Source: Lytechinus pictus
Taxonomy: Eukaryota
Assembly: GCF_037042905.1 (NCBI RefSeq)
Contig: NC_087252.1
Coordinates: forward strand, 15,626,001 to 15,690,000
Reading direction: 5' to 3'
Length of the DNA stretch: 64,000 nucleotides
Below the pieces are notes generated by a model that saw only the letters and a list, made by a program, of their open reading frames with translations, was not told the DNA's origin and made no database searches. The translations under genes were made by a program, and so were the position numbers. Position 1 is the stretch's first letter. The number at the start of each line of letters is the position of its first letter. This document shows positions 1 to 13,404 of this stretch, in pieces.

Positions 1-177
1 GGTTTGATGATGATGTTATAAAGAGTTTTGTATATTCTCTAATAGAGGTAGGCCCTACTCATGTTTTTAAACCAAAATAAGCATTATTATCAATGAAAGA
101 TCAAGTCAAAATTTTGTTGAAATTAGAGAAAAGTTAAGACTCTTACTTAAGAAACAAAAAAGAATAATCCATCCTGT

Positions 178-376
178 TCACCTCACCCCTCCCCTAACCC
201 CTTTACCCCTTCCTGTTCCCCTCCCTCTCCCCTCCCCCTCTCCTCTACATATCCCACCCCCATCCCATTTCTTCACCACCCCTCCCTTTCCTGTTTCCCC
301 TCCACCTCCACCCCCCTGTCTACACCCCTCCATCCCTCCCCTCCCCAATCCCGCAAGCCACCACCCCTCCCCCACA
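178..376. repeat. C-rich low-complexity tract (G-quadruplex potential on the minus strand)
   Basis: Many CCC runs, almost no G. Confidence 0.8.
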
Positions 377-595
377 TTAACTTGTCACCTTGGGAAGTTA
401 TGTTATCATATGTTTTATCCATCAAACTTTTGTCACAAGGTTGTTACCATACATGTTCTGTGTCATGCGAGACTGACCTTGCTTCTTACACTTTCAGCTT
501 GCACTGAAACAAGTGGTCTCGGACAAACTTCCACAAACAGAAGTTTCAATACTTGTTTTTTGTGTGTGGAATTTGGTCTGAAAAAGATTTTATGA

Positions 596-997
596 TACCC
601 CTTTCATAAATCCAATAAAACCTATCCTCCAATTAGCCGCCTATAAAAGTAATGCGGATAATTCAATAAAAATTGCGTTCACAAACTCCGAAAATTATCC
701 GCATTATTTTTATGAGCGCCCGTCCTGAAAAAGACGGATCATCGTCATGACAACTGGACACGCCCCCTCCGATGCGGTTGTGTTGGAAAAGGGTGACCTT
801 GTGACCGCACCATGGCAATTATCCGCATTATTTGGAAATACGTTCATAAACTCAAAATCTTGTCCCGATGCCGCTATTATGCGGATAATAGCAGCATCAG
901 AATAATGCGGATAACTCTTGTCCTCCTCTGATTTTATGACCAAATTATGCTGCTATTAGCCGTATAATTGGGTTTTATTGGGTTTATGAAAGGGGTA
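596..997. mobile_element. MITE (~400 bp), PIF/Harbinger-like or TA-TSD type
   Basis: TIR TACCCCTTTCATAAATCCAATAAAACC / GGTTTTATTGGGTTTATGAAAGGGGTA; flanks TGA/TAA; several internal AATGCGGATAA motifs in both orientations. Confidence 0.85.
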
Positions 998-1193
998 TAA
1001 ATTTGAAGGGGAAGACCAAGGGGGAGGGGTTGGGTGGGGGGCATTCAAATTATATTTTGATGGGGGTGTGCATCACGAAACCCTGAAATGGGGGTTTAAG
1101 GAACTGACCACAAGGGTTAAATACGGGGTCTTGGGAACGAATTATATACTGGGCGGTGTGAAAAACAGGGTCTATGGAACGAACAGGATCAGT

Positions 1194-1668
1194 GTTCACC
1201 CTGACAATAAGTTGGTTTCAATAAAAGCAGGAAAATTTGAGAAAAATATTTGTGAAGGTTAGATGAAAATCCATCTATTTAGAAGAGATTTATGAATCTG
1301 TTAGCCGGTTAATAATGTGATGTCATATGCAAGCAGCTCCCACATGTATCGTGTAATATGAATTATATGAATTCCAAGTTTGATGATGAATGGATTTTTT
1401 TTTGTATTAGAAGGAATATGAAATAATGTGTCCACTGATATAAGCCCCACACAAGTAAAATATCTCCTTTTTTTTAAAGAAAATGGCATTTAAAAAAATT
1501 GTATCATACATTTGGGGGAGCTGCTCATTTGTGATGTCACAAAATCAAAACTCTGAAAATTCATGTTATTGTTTGAATAATTTTAATCAAACCTTCATCA
1601 ATATTTTCTCTATTTTTCTGTTTGTAACTTGTATAATTTATACCAACCTATCAGGGTGAACTCTCCCT
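1194..1668. mobile_element. Kolobok-like MITE (GTTCACCCTGA family), left terminus eroded
   Basis: GTTCACCCTGA at 1194 is inverted relative to TCAGGGTGAACTCTCCCT followed by TTAA at 1669-1672; related ends occur at 21291 and 57036. Confidence 0.7.
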
Positions 1669-2257
1669 TTAATTGCTCTCCTGGCCCCAAATAAGTAGAA
1701 AACACAATGCATGCAGATTGATAAAAAGACATTGACTCAGGATCCTTTTGAATCTCAACTGTGTGAAGTAAAACATTGATGAATGTAATGAAATATGTCT
1801 GGTCATTATCGGATGACCTCCGACTGCTTGACCAATGTGTGTGGCCCAAGACATATGGACACATGTGGACAAAGAAGGCTACATTTAGCACCATATAGAA
1901 TGACATGGGCCATGTAATGGCACATGAACAAGATCCGTTTCCTCTTCTCACATTTCAATGTTTATCGTATACCAATTCTCTTTGTCATGCCAAGATCTTG
2001 TCTTGTTCCATATCAATGTGATTCCATACAACTTGCAGTTGATGCGTCAACTTACCATCCATCCTCATATACCTCTATTTATCTCTCCATTTTCTTTCTT
2101 GGTCTCCCATCTTTTTACATGTACTTTGAATAATTTCTTCAAATAATAATAAAAATGATATTACTAAAATACTTGATTCTTGTATAGCAGATAGGCCAAT
2201 CATGTAGACCTACCAGCAGTGATTCTGTACACTTTTGACAAGCCTGTTACACCTACA

Positions 2258-2450
2258 GCACACAAGCATTTCAAGGAATAAATTCCTGCCAGGTAGGCCT
2301 CCCCATTTAACACACCTGGGTTGAGTGCAGCACAGTGTGGATCATTTTCTTGCCAAAATTGCTTAGGCCATGCCTTGGATTCAAAACCCACAACCCTCTG
2401 TTTCAAAGTCCGGAGACTATTAGAGAGGGCCACAAGTTCCACAACACTCC
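2258..2450 (-). mobile_element. tRNA-derived SINE, degraded copy
   Basis: Reverse complement matches the 34375 SINE (GACTTTGAAACAGAGGG head; ACTCAACCCAGGTG core). Confidence 0.75.
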
Positions 2451-3613
2451 ATGTAATCATAACAATTCCTGTATCCAAACTTCTGTTTTCTTATCCTTAC
2501 TCTGCACCCCCCTCCTTCACTATCAATCCTGACCCCCCCCCCATCTTCACTATCAATTCATGCTCTGTAACACAAAGTTGGATCAATCGCTAAATATTGA
2601 TGACCAATCAAGATCGTTGTTGCATCCATACTTCGTTCAAAACACTGACCAGTAACCAATCAGTGATGTTCTTTCCTATTTTACAACCTTCACAAACCTT
2701 TGTGTTACGCCGGGGGGGGGGGGGGCAGATTTCAAAACCCATAAAGTCTAACCCTTCCTTCTTCTTTTGTTCCTATTCTTATCGAAGGTGCTAGACCTGA
2801 CGGCTGATGGGCAAAGATCTTTCCAAACTGACAACATTGTTCTTTCTACCCTATCTCAAAAGAGCAAAACGAAAAGAAAAACAAAATCCTGGCCTCCATC
2901 ATTCTCCCAGTTCAATATCCATAATCCACCCCTTTGGCATACATCTGATCATGGGGGACGGATGGCACACAATTTTTCATAAATTCAAATGTTTTCCACT
3001 CATTTCTCTTGAAATTTCTATGATTTTGTCAGAATCCCCTCCCCGAACGATCAACCGTTTTGTCTCATTTTTGGTTGTTCTTCTATTGTCGTTTGAAACA
3101 TACACCCGGGGCTAGGATGAGAGTGGGAGGGATTGGGTTTCCGATTGAAGAACGGGGCAATGTAAATAGGGTTTGGTTCTGCAGGATATTTGGCGAAGGA
3201 TTTCTCAGGAATCCATCACATTTTCAACCCCTCTTTTCAACTGATTCCCACTCAACCATTGTAATCGCCGTTCCTCCGCCTAAGCAACAAATCTTGATCA
3301 AGATTTGGCTAAAATCGTAGAAATTAGAATCCTTTGTTCTTGCCTTATACTTGATAATACTTCTATTTAGCCAGTAGGGAGCTGAACTAATAAAGGTGTC
3401 AGTTTTGAAAGATTTGTCTTTATGATTTGACTATTCTAGTCTCCCCTGGATAAAGTTGAATTGGATTTGCCGTAGGGCATTGGGTAGGAAATCTTGATTG
3501 ATTATCTTAACACTGATTTTAAATCACAAATGAAACAGAATATACCTTTAAAACAACAACCATCTTGGCCAGTTAGTATCTAGGCCCTACAATGAATTAT
3601 GTATTTATTTTTT

Positions 3614-3806
3614 CATCCGCATTGTGTTGCACTCAACCCAGGTGAGGTGAATGGGTACTCGGCAGGATTAATTCCTTGAATGCATGAGCGCTGAAAGGCA
3701 GCTCGAGCTAAAGCCGGGGTAATAATAATAATAACATCGCGCCTCGGAATAGAATATTTCTAGATAGATGGCACTATATAAATGCCTATTATTATTTTTT
3801 TTTTTA
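3614..3806 (+). mobile_element. 5'-truncated tRNA-derived SINE with 3' tail
   Basis: GCACTCAACCCAGGTGAGGTGAATGGGTA...GGCAGGATTAATTCC core as in the 34375 copy; ends CTATATAAATGCCTATTATTATT. Confidence 0.75.
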
Positions 3807-3885
3807 CTTAGATATGAATGTCACAGATTGGTATAGCAGGCAATGTCTTTGAAAGAATTAACAATTAATTGAGTACTTAGGCCTA

Positions 3886-4519
3886 CTCTCTAAATTTCAA
3901 GGATTTGAAATAAATCCAGATCAGCTGTGGGTAGTGACCATCCAAATATTGGATTTATTATTTTTAATTTGCAGGATTAACTTTTAAATCTTAAAAGATT
4001 TAAATTCAAATCTTTTAGCTTTATATTTAAAGCTAAATGACAGTAGTTGCAGTAAAATACTGATTTCGTGAGAAAGTCTCTAAAACCAAGGTAAAGTATT
4101 ACTATATCATCGTGGATCTAGATCTGGTACAGTTACATAAACTGAACTTTGTGAAATCATAATATCTAAGCTAAAAAACGATCACGCTGAAGATCGCCAA
4201 CACAGATAGGCACACGTCGGACAGTCTATCATTATTGCTGGAATAAAGACCCGACGGAAGTGACAGAATCTGCGCTTATTTTGCTTATTTCTCAGCAATT
4301 ACACAATTTCTTCCAGAATCCTTTGGCACATATTTTTTATTCATACAAACAGACACTTTGGTGATCATTATATTAAATTCTGTAAAAAGTTATTTTGAGA
4401 TCGTCCCCAAAACTGGAATTTATCTTTAAATCCACAAGATTTAAATCCAAATCTGATATTTGGTTGGTCACTATGCACAGCCGATCTGGATTTATTTCAA
4501 ATCCTTTGAATTTAGAGTG
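3886..4519. mobile_element. Long-TIR MITE with TA flanks, interrupted by a Kolobok-like element
   Basis: About 65-bp imperfect TIRs CTCTCTAAATTTCAAGGATTTGAAATAAATCCAGATC... / ...GATCTGGATTTATTTCAAATCCTTTGAATTTAGAGTG; TA at 3884-3885 and 4520-4521. Confidence 0.85.
4031..4425. mobile_element. Kolobok-like non-autonomous element (~395 bp), copy 1
   Basis: TTAA TSD (4027-4030 and 4426-4429); AG...CT termini with short imperfect TIR; colinear with 27534-27930. Confidence 0.9.
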
Positions 4520-6490
4520 TATTCAGAATAGTGAAAAATAATGAAAAAAAGGGAAAGGTCATTTGCCAAGAGTCACTCTAGAGTGGATCACAAAAAGGCT
4601 TTGTTCATGCGACAATTTAGTTTTTTTGCATCTGAACAGGGGTATGTGTGCTTCCATGGATTACTAATATCAAAGAATGTTTATGATGTACATGTACGAC
4701 CATTCATTCAATAGGGAAGGTTTAACACCCGGTCGTCATCATTCATCATTCATTAGCCAGCAACATTAGAATGGAAATACATTCCCCAGACAATATCCTA
4801 GCCTTATAGCATGTCAAGGGTAGATAGATTAATGAGCTATGATCTTGTAATGAACTGGAATTCATCTTTGAGGTCATGTTGGTGGTAAATTTGCTTCATT
4901 CAGCTCATCAGCCCAGGTAGACGCTGTTTTCGGTTATCATCAAGCTCTGCTCGGACTAAGATATATCTTTATCAAGTTTATTGAAAGAGATCAAATATTT
5001 ATGTTGTTCGCCCATTGCAAAAAAAATAGCACGTTAGATTTCCAGCGCAATATATAATGTACGTACACTGTTAAAAGTTATATAATAATCATTACCAAAA
5101 TATTTATCAAACATCCGAGAAGGCCTAGGCCTATATGAGTGTTAGCATGATCCAAGTCCATGATCGTTAATTTTTAAGTAAATCCAGACAAATTAAATGA
5201 TTTTGTGTATGGCCAATGAGGATTAAGGTAATTTTGCATATTTATTTTGGGTTCTTTTGGATGGAATTTCGGAATATTAATTTCATAGAAGATGGGCTTG
5301 TGTCTGTTTAATTCAATTTGGCCAAATGATGGGCTCGGGTCGTTCATATACTCATTTGTCAAGATACATTCAGAAAAATTATAGATTTTTCTTTTCACAT
5401 GACCGTGTTTTTAATCCCAGAAGTTTGTGGGAAATACGATAATGTACTATTTGTACTTTATGACTGAACAGTTAATTGTTTATTTTATTTGTGGATGTTA
5501 TGATATAAGACCTCGGGTCTTCTGCATGCATGAATGGCCCAGTCGGTCATATATGAATAACCAATGTATATTGCCTGCAAAATGACTAAACCTTGCATTT
5601 CTCAACAAAAGAGCGAAAAGACGAAACTTCCACCTCTACAATTAATTATGCCAGCCCCTTCAACTTGGCCCGGGGCATATTTTGAAAATAAACAGACATA
5701 ATCAGCCCCTTCTACGTATTGTCCTTTTTATGTTGGTTGATATTCCATGACATACCCAGGGGTGAACTCTATTGCTCCAATTTGTTGGAAATCTCGAAAA
5801 TGACTCTTTATTGAATTTAATCCCTTTATCTTTCCCATCTCCGCCTACTATCTTTGTTCTCACACATGAAGGCGTTCCTGACGTTCTACCAACTCGGCGT
5901 TTATCCCTCCGATTCTCCTCCTATTTTATTCCACCTCCTTCCTTTCATCTCGATCTCATGATCTGTTATCACTCTCTAAAGACATTGCTCTTTAGAGCAG
6001 AATGATACGATTAAGTCGATTGAATTGAAAATGTCTGTTTTGATGATTGCCTATTTTGCCTGGATAGAGGGTTAACCCTTTGGATGCTTTGTGCCCCTTA
6101 ACAAACTTCCAGAGACACTGGAAGAAGCATTAGTTTTCTTAAAATTTGGATTGGATGGGGGGAGGGGGCGTATTTTTACTTACTTACAAGTTCAATTTGA
6201 CAAAGATTCAGACCATAAAACTGATTACTATGGTGCTATATGAAAGTGAAATTGAAAATGTTCAGATTGAAATATATTTCATATACCATTGACTTAGAGG
6301 GATTTTGTTCAAGAATACTAGACTCATATGGTTTTTGTACTTTTCTCTCATATCATTTTTGGTATGTTTTTTTTATAAGTCCTCTCCCTGCTAGCTATTT
6401 CATATATTTGTAGTTATCATTTCAAAGGAAAAGTGTTGAAAAGGACATTTACTGTTTAAGTATGTTTAAGTGTGCACATTACAAAAAAAA

Positions 6491-6547
6491 ATGATAGTAA
6501 TAGTGATGATGATGATAATGACGATGATGATGAAGATGATGATGATG
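6491..6547. repeat. (GAT)n microsatellite
   Basis: Directly visible. Confidence 0.9.
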
Positions 6548-7336
6548 TCATTTTCACATGTTCAGGGAGGAATTAATCTTCGTTTCACATCCTATTACAA
6601 TGAGCCAAAAGAGTTTTATACTTTTTATCCAAATCACCTTTTTTTGGAAGTTGGGACTTTTTCAAGTATTTGTTTTTGTTTGCCAGCACTAAATCTTCCC
6701 TACCCAAAAGATTCAGTCCAAAGCCTTAGAGGATTGTATATTAATCTTTATATATTATAAGAATGATAATAATAATGATAATGTTAGAGTTATTAAGCAT
6801 GTTATAATTAATATTTAATTCTCTATGCATTTTACAATAATATATATTATTACATTAAATATATCTTAAGTGACTTGTATTGTGGGGTGACAACATCGAA
6901 CCGTTGTTGTCATTCTTCCATTCTTCATTCTATGAACTAAAGCGAGCTAGGTGCCTGCGAATGATGCACTTTATCGCCAAGTGTTGATTTGGGTAATGAA
7001 GCGCATGCAGGATTCAACAGGCTATTTCGGATGGGACTTTATTAAATGGCAGTCGATCGTAAAGGGGCGTACATGGAGGTAGTACTAGGTCCATTATCAT
7101 CCGACCCTAGGTAGAAAATTCCTTGATTTTAAACGTAACATTCTGCAGTGAGAGAGCTACCGCTTCTGGTGTTGAACTACTTCATCAGCGAAAATGAAAA
7201 TTACTAGACACATATTAATGTTAGATCATACATGTAAATGACAAACATACGAGATGGTTCAGAAATGACAAGGCCTATATGGCTACATGGATGAATATGT
7301 AAAACGTAAGTCTTTTAGCCCTGCACCCTTTTACAG

Positions 7337-7496
7337 CATGCATCTTTTCAAGTAATATATTCCTGCCATGTGGGTTGATAGTGCAGTGCAAAGTGGATCA
7401 ATTTCTTGCTGAAGGAAATCATGCCATGGCTGGGATTCGAACCCATGACCCTCTGTTTCAAAGTCAGGAGACAAATCCTCTGGGTCACAATGCTCC
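7337..7496 (-). mobile_element. tRNA-derived SINE, 5' part
   Basis: GGGATTCGAACCC (B box on the minus strand) and CTCTGTTTCAAAGTC match the 34375 copy. Confidence 0.75.
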
Positions 7497-7625
7497 ATGC
7501 AAGAGATCAATCAATGTTTCTCTCACATTTTCTGATGACTGCTTATCAGAACATTGATGTTATCACATCATGACCATTACTCTTCAAATTTGTGATTCAA
7601 CACCATAGGATTCTGTTATCATTTG

Positions 7626-7798
7626 CATTCACAGAAATTATTTTCAACACACCCCAAAAGTTGATTAAGATTAATCAACCAACTATAACCACCAAAACAA
7701 AAATCAATTTTGTATGCAATAGTTTGTTTTAACCAACTGTTGGTCAATGCATGTTTGAACCAACCTATACTAGGCTAGTTAAACTTTATTTGAGAGTG
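7626..7798. mobile_element. Degraded CACTCTCAGA-family MITE
   Basis: AACCAACTGTTGG motifs and a TGAGAGTG right end. Confidence 0.55.
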
Positions 7799-8179
7799 TG
7801 AGAAAATACTTAGTAATCCAAATCACCAACTCCTACTTCTGAAAATTCTTCTTAACGCCCTAACATTGTCATGAAGTCTGATGATTTGAGTCTTCATATT
7901 AGTGATATACTGTAGGAGATTCTCCACATTGAAATGCATGGGAAGGATCGTAATTGGCAAATTGTCGGGGGTCAGTGTCCGGCCGCGGAGAAGGAAATTC
8001 ATATGGAACGATGGGGTTATTACCAGCGACAGCTAAATTCATCTCGATCTTGAAGAAAACAGCAAGTGCTGAAGATTGCCAAAGAACACTCGAAAATTAG
8101 AGAAGAAACATTATAGGAAAGGGAGATATATTGCATTGGATGAAAAGTTGAATTTGAGAGCTAGCAAAATAAGAACGAG

Positions 8180-8628
8180 AGATAGATGGATGAGTGGATT
8201 GTTGGATAAATTGATGGATGGATAGACAGATAGATAGATAGTTAGATAGATAGATAGATCTACAGATAGATAGATAGATAGATAGATCTATAGATAGATA
8301 GATAGGTAGGTAAATAGATGATAGATAGATAAATAGAGATAGATAGATAGATAGATAGTAGATAGATAGATAGATAGATAGATGGGTAGATAGATAGATA
8401 GAAGGATAGGTAGGTAAATATATGATAGATAGTTAGATAGATAGATAGATCTATAGATAGATCTATAGATAGATAGATAGATATATAGATAGATCTATAG
8501 ATAGATAGATCTATAGATAGATAGATAAGTAGGTAAATAGATGATAGATAGAAGGATAGGTAGGTAGGTAGATAGATACTATAGAATGTGAAGATAGATA
8601 GGTAGATATAGAGATGTGCAGGTAGATT
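8180..8628. repeat. (GATA)n microsatellite with GGAT, GGTA and GATCTATA variants
   Basis: Directly visible tetranucleotide array of about 450 bp. Confidence 0.97.
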
Positions 8629-9949
8629 GAAAGAAAAAAATAAAAGAAAGTTGAGTGAGCAATGCGAGAAGAAATCCAGAGAATATTTAATATTTTATTG
8701 TATTATATACAATGATGCAATATAGTGATAATAATGATGATATTGAAAATCCTGATATTCATAACATCAATGATAAGAATGGTAAGCTATGCTCCCATCT
8801 CTGTCTAAAATATTGGCTCACTTTAATTGTTTGAGAAAATCTCAAACCTCTTCCATGTCATTTTAATCTGTCTTTTTATAATCCTTTGTGAATTCAAAAC
8901 ATGTAAATTAATTTTGTTTACTTTCCTGTAACTCTTGTATGTGTGTTTATATTTTGTTCCATTACAAAGTGTTGACATCTCCTTCTTTAAAGTAAGTGCT
9001 CGAGAAATAGTTGTATTATTATTATCATTTTATTATTATTGTTTGTATTATTATTATTATCATTTTCATTTTACCGTCTATCAATAATTCTGTGAAAGAG
9101 AGAACAAAAATGCTTCTGTTGTATATACATCTATAGTTATGCAATCTTCTGAGTGGCTGGGGGATGGGGGGGGGGGGGGGGGGGCGAGTATATGACATGG
9201 ATGCTCCACATACACATATTTACCCTCAAATGTTTGTTTCGATAAATTGCATTTCTCAGTCCTGAGAAAAACCCTTCCAACATAACAGTCACATGAAAAA
9301 CAACATTGAACAAACCCCAAATGGTAAAATAGAACCAGACATGCAGAACTAATAATTTAAGAGCTTAGGAGAGAAAGCCAAATGGCAAAAAAATGGATGC
9401 CGAAAATTAAAACAATTGCCCGAAAGAGAACGTTGTCCCAATCAGGAGACCCTCTCCTGGGCAACCCACGATGAAATCCTCTCGCAAACCCCCCCCCCCC
9501 CTCCAAAAAATCAACACTAAACGTGAGAATTAATGGCCCTACGTCAACAGTTTGGACATGCTGATGAATCCAACACCTTCCAAAAGTTGTCACTAATTGA
9601 TTTTGGGTTAGAGGGGGCTTTTGCGCATCGTGTTGGCGACGATTTGGACGCCACTGGCCTGCTGGGCTGCGGTTTGGCTCGTAGAATGTCCCATATCCGC
9701 TTGCAATTTGCATGCAAGCCTTGTGAATTCCTATCATGTGATCAATCACAAAGAATTATTTCTCCTTTGTTCCGTTCCTTGTTTCTGACATGTCAAATTC
9801 CTTCCCTGTTTTTTTACGAATATCACCTCACATTGATTCTTCTTCTCAGACTAATTGAAGGGATAAGGTGATGTATTGCATTTCCCTGCAAAGCTCTTTA
9901 CCTTTCCTTGTGACATAAAGATACACAATCAATATATATAATGATGATA

Positions 9950-10255
9950 ATTGATTGTAATGTTTTCACATGGATAACAATATACTTATAATAGACCTAT
10001 GATCAATATATATATAATTGATTGTAATGTTTCACATGGTTTACAAGATAGGTTTTCAATCTACTGTTACAATTAACTCTGATATTCTACATGGTTCACC
10101 AAATAGGTTTACAATCTATTGTTACGATTGACTATAATGTTTTACATGGTTCACCATATAGGTTTACAATCTATTGTTACGATTGATTGTAGTGTTTTTC
10201 ATGGTTCACCATATAGACTTAAAATTGATTTTTTTTTCTTACATGGTTTGCATAT
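9950..10255. repeat. 55-bp minisatellite, about 4-5 diverged copies
   Basis: (A/T)CATGGTT recurs at 10034, 10089, 10144 and 10199. Confidence 0.9.
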
Positions 10256-11769
10256 CATTGACACAGGTATGGGACCTTGTAGCTCAGATTCTATAAGGCC
10301 AAATCATTGTTAACCAATAACCATAGCAGATAATGAGTGAGGGGTCAAAAATATAAAAAAAAACTATAACAGTCATCATGCCAATACCAATGTAATCTAG
10401 TAATCAATTAATAAATTTTACAATTAAATTTAAAAGGTGGCATTTCTGTATTAACGTTAAGCAATGGCCACATGTGTTCTTTCATGATATATTTCATAAT
10501 TCATCTTATAATCAGCGTTTATGGTTTGAGCTAATTTCTACGCCTCATGGCTCAATTATTATCCTCCATGATGGGTTATAGACCCTAGACTAATAATCAG
10601 TCGTCATGGTAATGTCATAACCAGGAATCTGAGTGCTACATCTGTGTGATGAAAAGAACGTCAAGATCGATCAACAACTCTCTACATCATTGGTCAGCTT
10701 CGGACCATCTAATACTTCCCCACTGACGGCCATAAGGTCGTTAGTGCTATTATTACATATGGCAGAAGCGTCCTTCTTGGAGGCACAGCGATCTTTGATT
10801 CCTTAGCGAAGCCAGGGTTTATGAGAAAGAAATGAAGATTTATATGACGGGAAGTGGACAGTGAAAGTTGTTATGAGGGGGTCAGAAAAATATCCTGAAA
10901 AAGGGAAAGATTTTTGCAGTGAGCTGGGGAATGATTTGACCTAGTAAATGGATGGTTAGGTAAAATTGAGGAAAATCCCTTCCCTGGATGAGTTATAGTA
11001 TGTACAGAGTAAAATAACCAGAGATAAACAATGATTAGTACCTGTTAAACATTGAAATCAAAATCAAGATCGTTTCCCTAATGAGGCAACACGGCATTGG
11101 TGATATAGATAACACTGAATAAACAATATATACACTGAATTAAATAATTAGTTAAGAAAGTTGTCCTATTTGTCACACTTAAGTCAATAACGCCTGTGAT
11201 TATTTGATTATCCAAAAAATAAAGCTTAATATGCATTTATTTTTGTTCGATGAATAATGTTTTTTTTTTAACATTACTTTTATCATCACAAGCATTGCAG
11301 TGACTCCTAATTTTTTTCAAATTGAATGACAAATTAACAAGTTTAGCCTGAAATTCAAATAAAACTCATGGGAAACAACATATTTCTATCATTATATTAA
11401 ATTACATTAAATGATTAATTCATTAATTTGGGAAGATCCGGCAGATATCATTCAAACATAATTTGATAGCATAAAACTTTCAAGAATGTGAGTAATTTTA
11501 TAAGACCCAAAAGGCCTTGAATATTAAATTAGTATTATCAATTCACATGCTCACTACAGATTATCATTTACACCAGTAAAAATCATTACCGGACAATTGG
11601 CCTGATTCTATAAATAGCATGTTAAAATTTTAAAAGATGAAATAAAAGAAATCAGGGAGATTAATGAGAAACAAACATGTAAGCTAATTATGGATGAAAT
11701 TATCCACCTGTAATTGTGATATCCTGATTGTGTATGTCAATCAATCATTCCTTGCAGTGCGATGACAAT

Positions 11770-12234
11770 ATACGTATTCACACCGCCTCGATCACCAGAG
11801 TAACTGTTAATTTGTAAGAACTTGTCCAGACTTGATATACCCGACAATTGTTTTCTGCATTAACACCGACCTGAGACAGACCCTGTTGGGATAAGTCCTT
11901 AAAGTTGCAAGTATGCGCAGTATGGTCTGATAAGCAGGTTAGGCGTACAATTCAAAATCGCTAGTTTAGCAGCCACATGCATGGATGAGAAAGTTCCAGT
12001 AATTTGCTTTCACACTGCCAAAATATCTGCGACCTTGGAAAAATCCCCAGCCAAAGTTCTAACAATGTCAAAATATAACTACTATTAGCGGATATTTTAT
12101 CCGGGAATATTACAAGGGATTTGCCTTCACACTACCAAAAATAACTGTTTTTTCTGAGCCGGGTAAATCAAGATAAATTTCCCAATCAGAAAGTACCTGG
12201 TATTTCAAAACGTTGAGGCGGTCTGAATACACCT
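11770..12234. mobile_element. Older, diverged relative of the ~475-bp MITE family
   Basis: CACCGCCTCGATCAC...ATGCGCAGTATGGTCTGATAAGCA...GAGGCGGTCTGAATACACCT is colinear with 60139-60614. Confidence 0.85.
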
Positions 12235-12806
12235 ATTATTGTAGAATATTCGTCTGTGAAATATTTGATGAGGATGTCATTACGATTGCTCTTTATTGTC
12301 ATCTCCTTGCTCTCAGAGAAGAGATGAACACAAAACGAAGGGAGATGTAAAATTACTGGCAGCCTTAAATGGCATTATAACTAGAGAGACAAATGACGGT
12401 CATTCATTAGGGTAATGATATCAACGGAGCAAATCTAAATAGCAACATCCTTAAAATGGATAAATGAGTGGAACTTGTCGAATAGAAATGAAACGCCTTG
12501 TAACGCTGTCACGGTCCTCACGAGGTACGACTGGATGGATATGATAAAGCACTAATCTTCAAAACATGCCACAATGAAAGGGCTGCTCAATTGGTTACAG
12601 AAAAATTGGCTGCCTTTATTTCTGGTGACTTGTCACTCTTCCAAACCTTTCGGTAAAACACCAATCTTTTTTGTTTTATCCTAATATGCCATTATCCCTT
12701 GCCCTCTTTCTCTATTTCTTTCTCTCTCTCTCATTCTCTCCCCCCCCTCTCTTGTATGCTAATTACCCCTTTCTCTCTTTCTCTCCTCCCATATCTCTCT
12801 CCCTCT

Positions 12807-12841
12807 GTTATCCCATGGACCTACTATGTCCATGGTTATCC
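12807..12841. other. 21-bp CATGGAC...GTCCATG micro-insertion with 7-bp direct repeat
   Basis: GTTATCC-CATGGACCTACTATGTCCATG-GTTATCC. Confidence 0.85.
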
Positions 12842-12849
12842 TAACCTGC

Positions 12850-13372
12850 CATTCCCACTTTTTTCTCCATCCCTTTCTCTCTTCCTCTTTCTTCCTCACC
12901 CCACCCTCACACAAACTCTAGTCTCCTGCATCCCCCCTCTCTGTGACACACCCACACAAACTCTTGTTGTTTCCCCTCTTTTTCCATCTCTTTCTCTCTT
13001 CCTCTTTCTTCCTCACCCCACCCTCACAAAAACTCTTGTCTCCTGCATCCCCCCTCTATCTATGTGACACACCCACACACTCTTGTTGTTTCCCCCTCTT
13101 TCTCCATCCCTTTCTCTCTTCCTCTTTCTTCCTCACCCCCACCCTAAAAAAACTCTAGTTGTCTCCCACTCCCCCCCCCTCTCTCTCTGTCAAACCCCCC
13201 CACACAATCTTGTTGTTTCCCCTCTTTATCCCTTTCTCTCTTCCTCTTTCTTCCTCACCCCCACCCTTAAAAAAATAGTTGTCAACCACTTTTTCTCCTC
13301 TCTCTCTCTCTATCAAACCCACACACAACCTTGTTGTTTCCCCTCTTTCTCCTTTCTCTTTCACACCCCTAC
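12850..13372. repeat. ~120-bp pyrimidine-rich tandem repeat, about 4 copies
   Basis: CTTCCTCACC recurs at 12891, 13008, 13128 and 13250. Confidence 0.9.
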
Positions 13373-13373
13373 A

Positions 13374-13404
13374 CTCACACCATGTAATAGGTCCATGCTC
13401 ACAC
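13374..13404. other. 17-bp CATG...GGTCCATG micro-insertion with 7-bp direct repeat
   Basis: CTCACAC-CATGTAATAGGTCCATG-CTCACAC. Confidence 0.8.

Noticed and set aside
7072..7095. CATGGAGGTAGTACTAGGTCCATT, similar to the micro-insertions
   Set aside because: No flanking 7-bp direct repeat, so it cannot be supported.
9950..10255. CRISPR-like array
   Set aside because: Whole 55-bp units repeat with no unique spacers, no cas genes are present and the context is eukaryotic.
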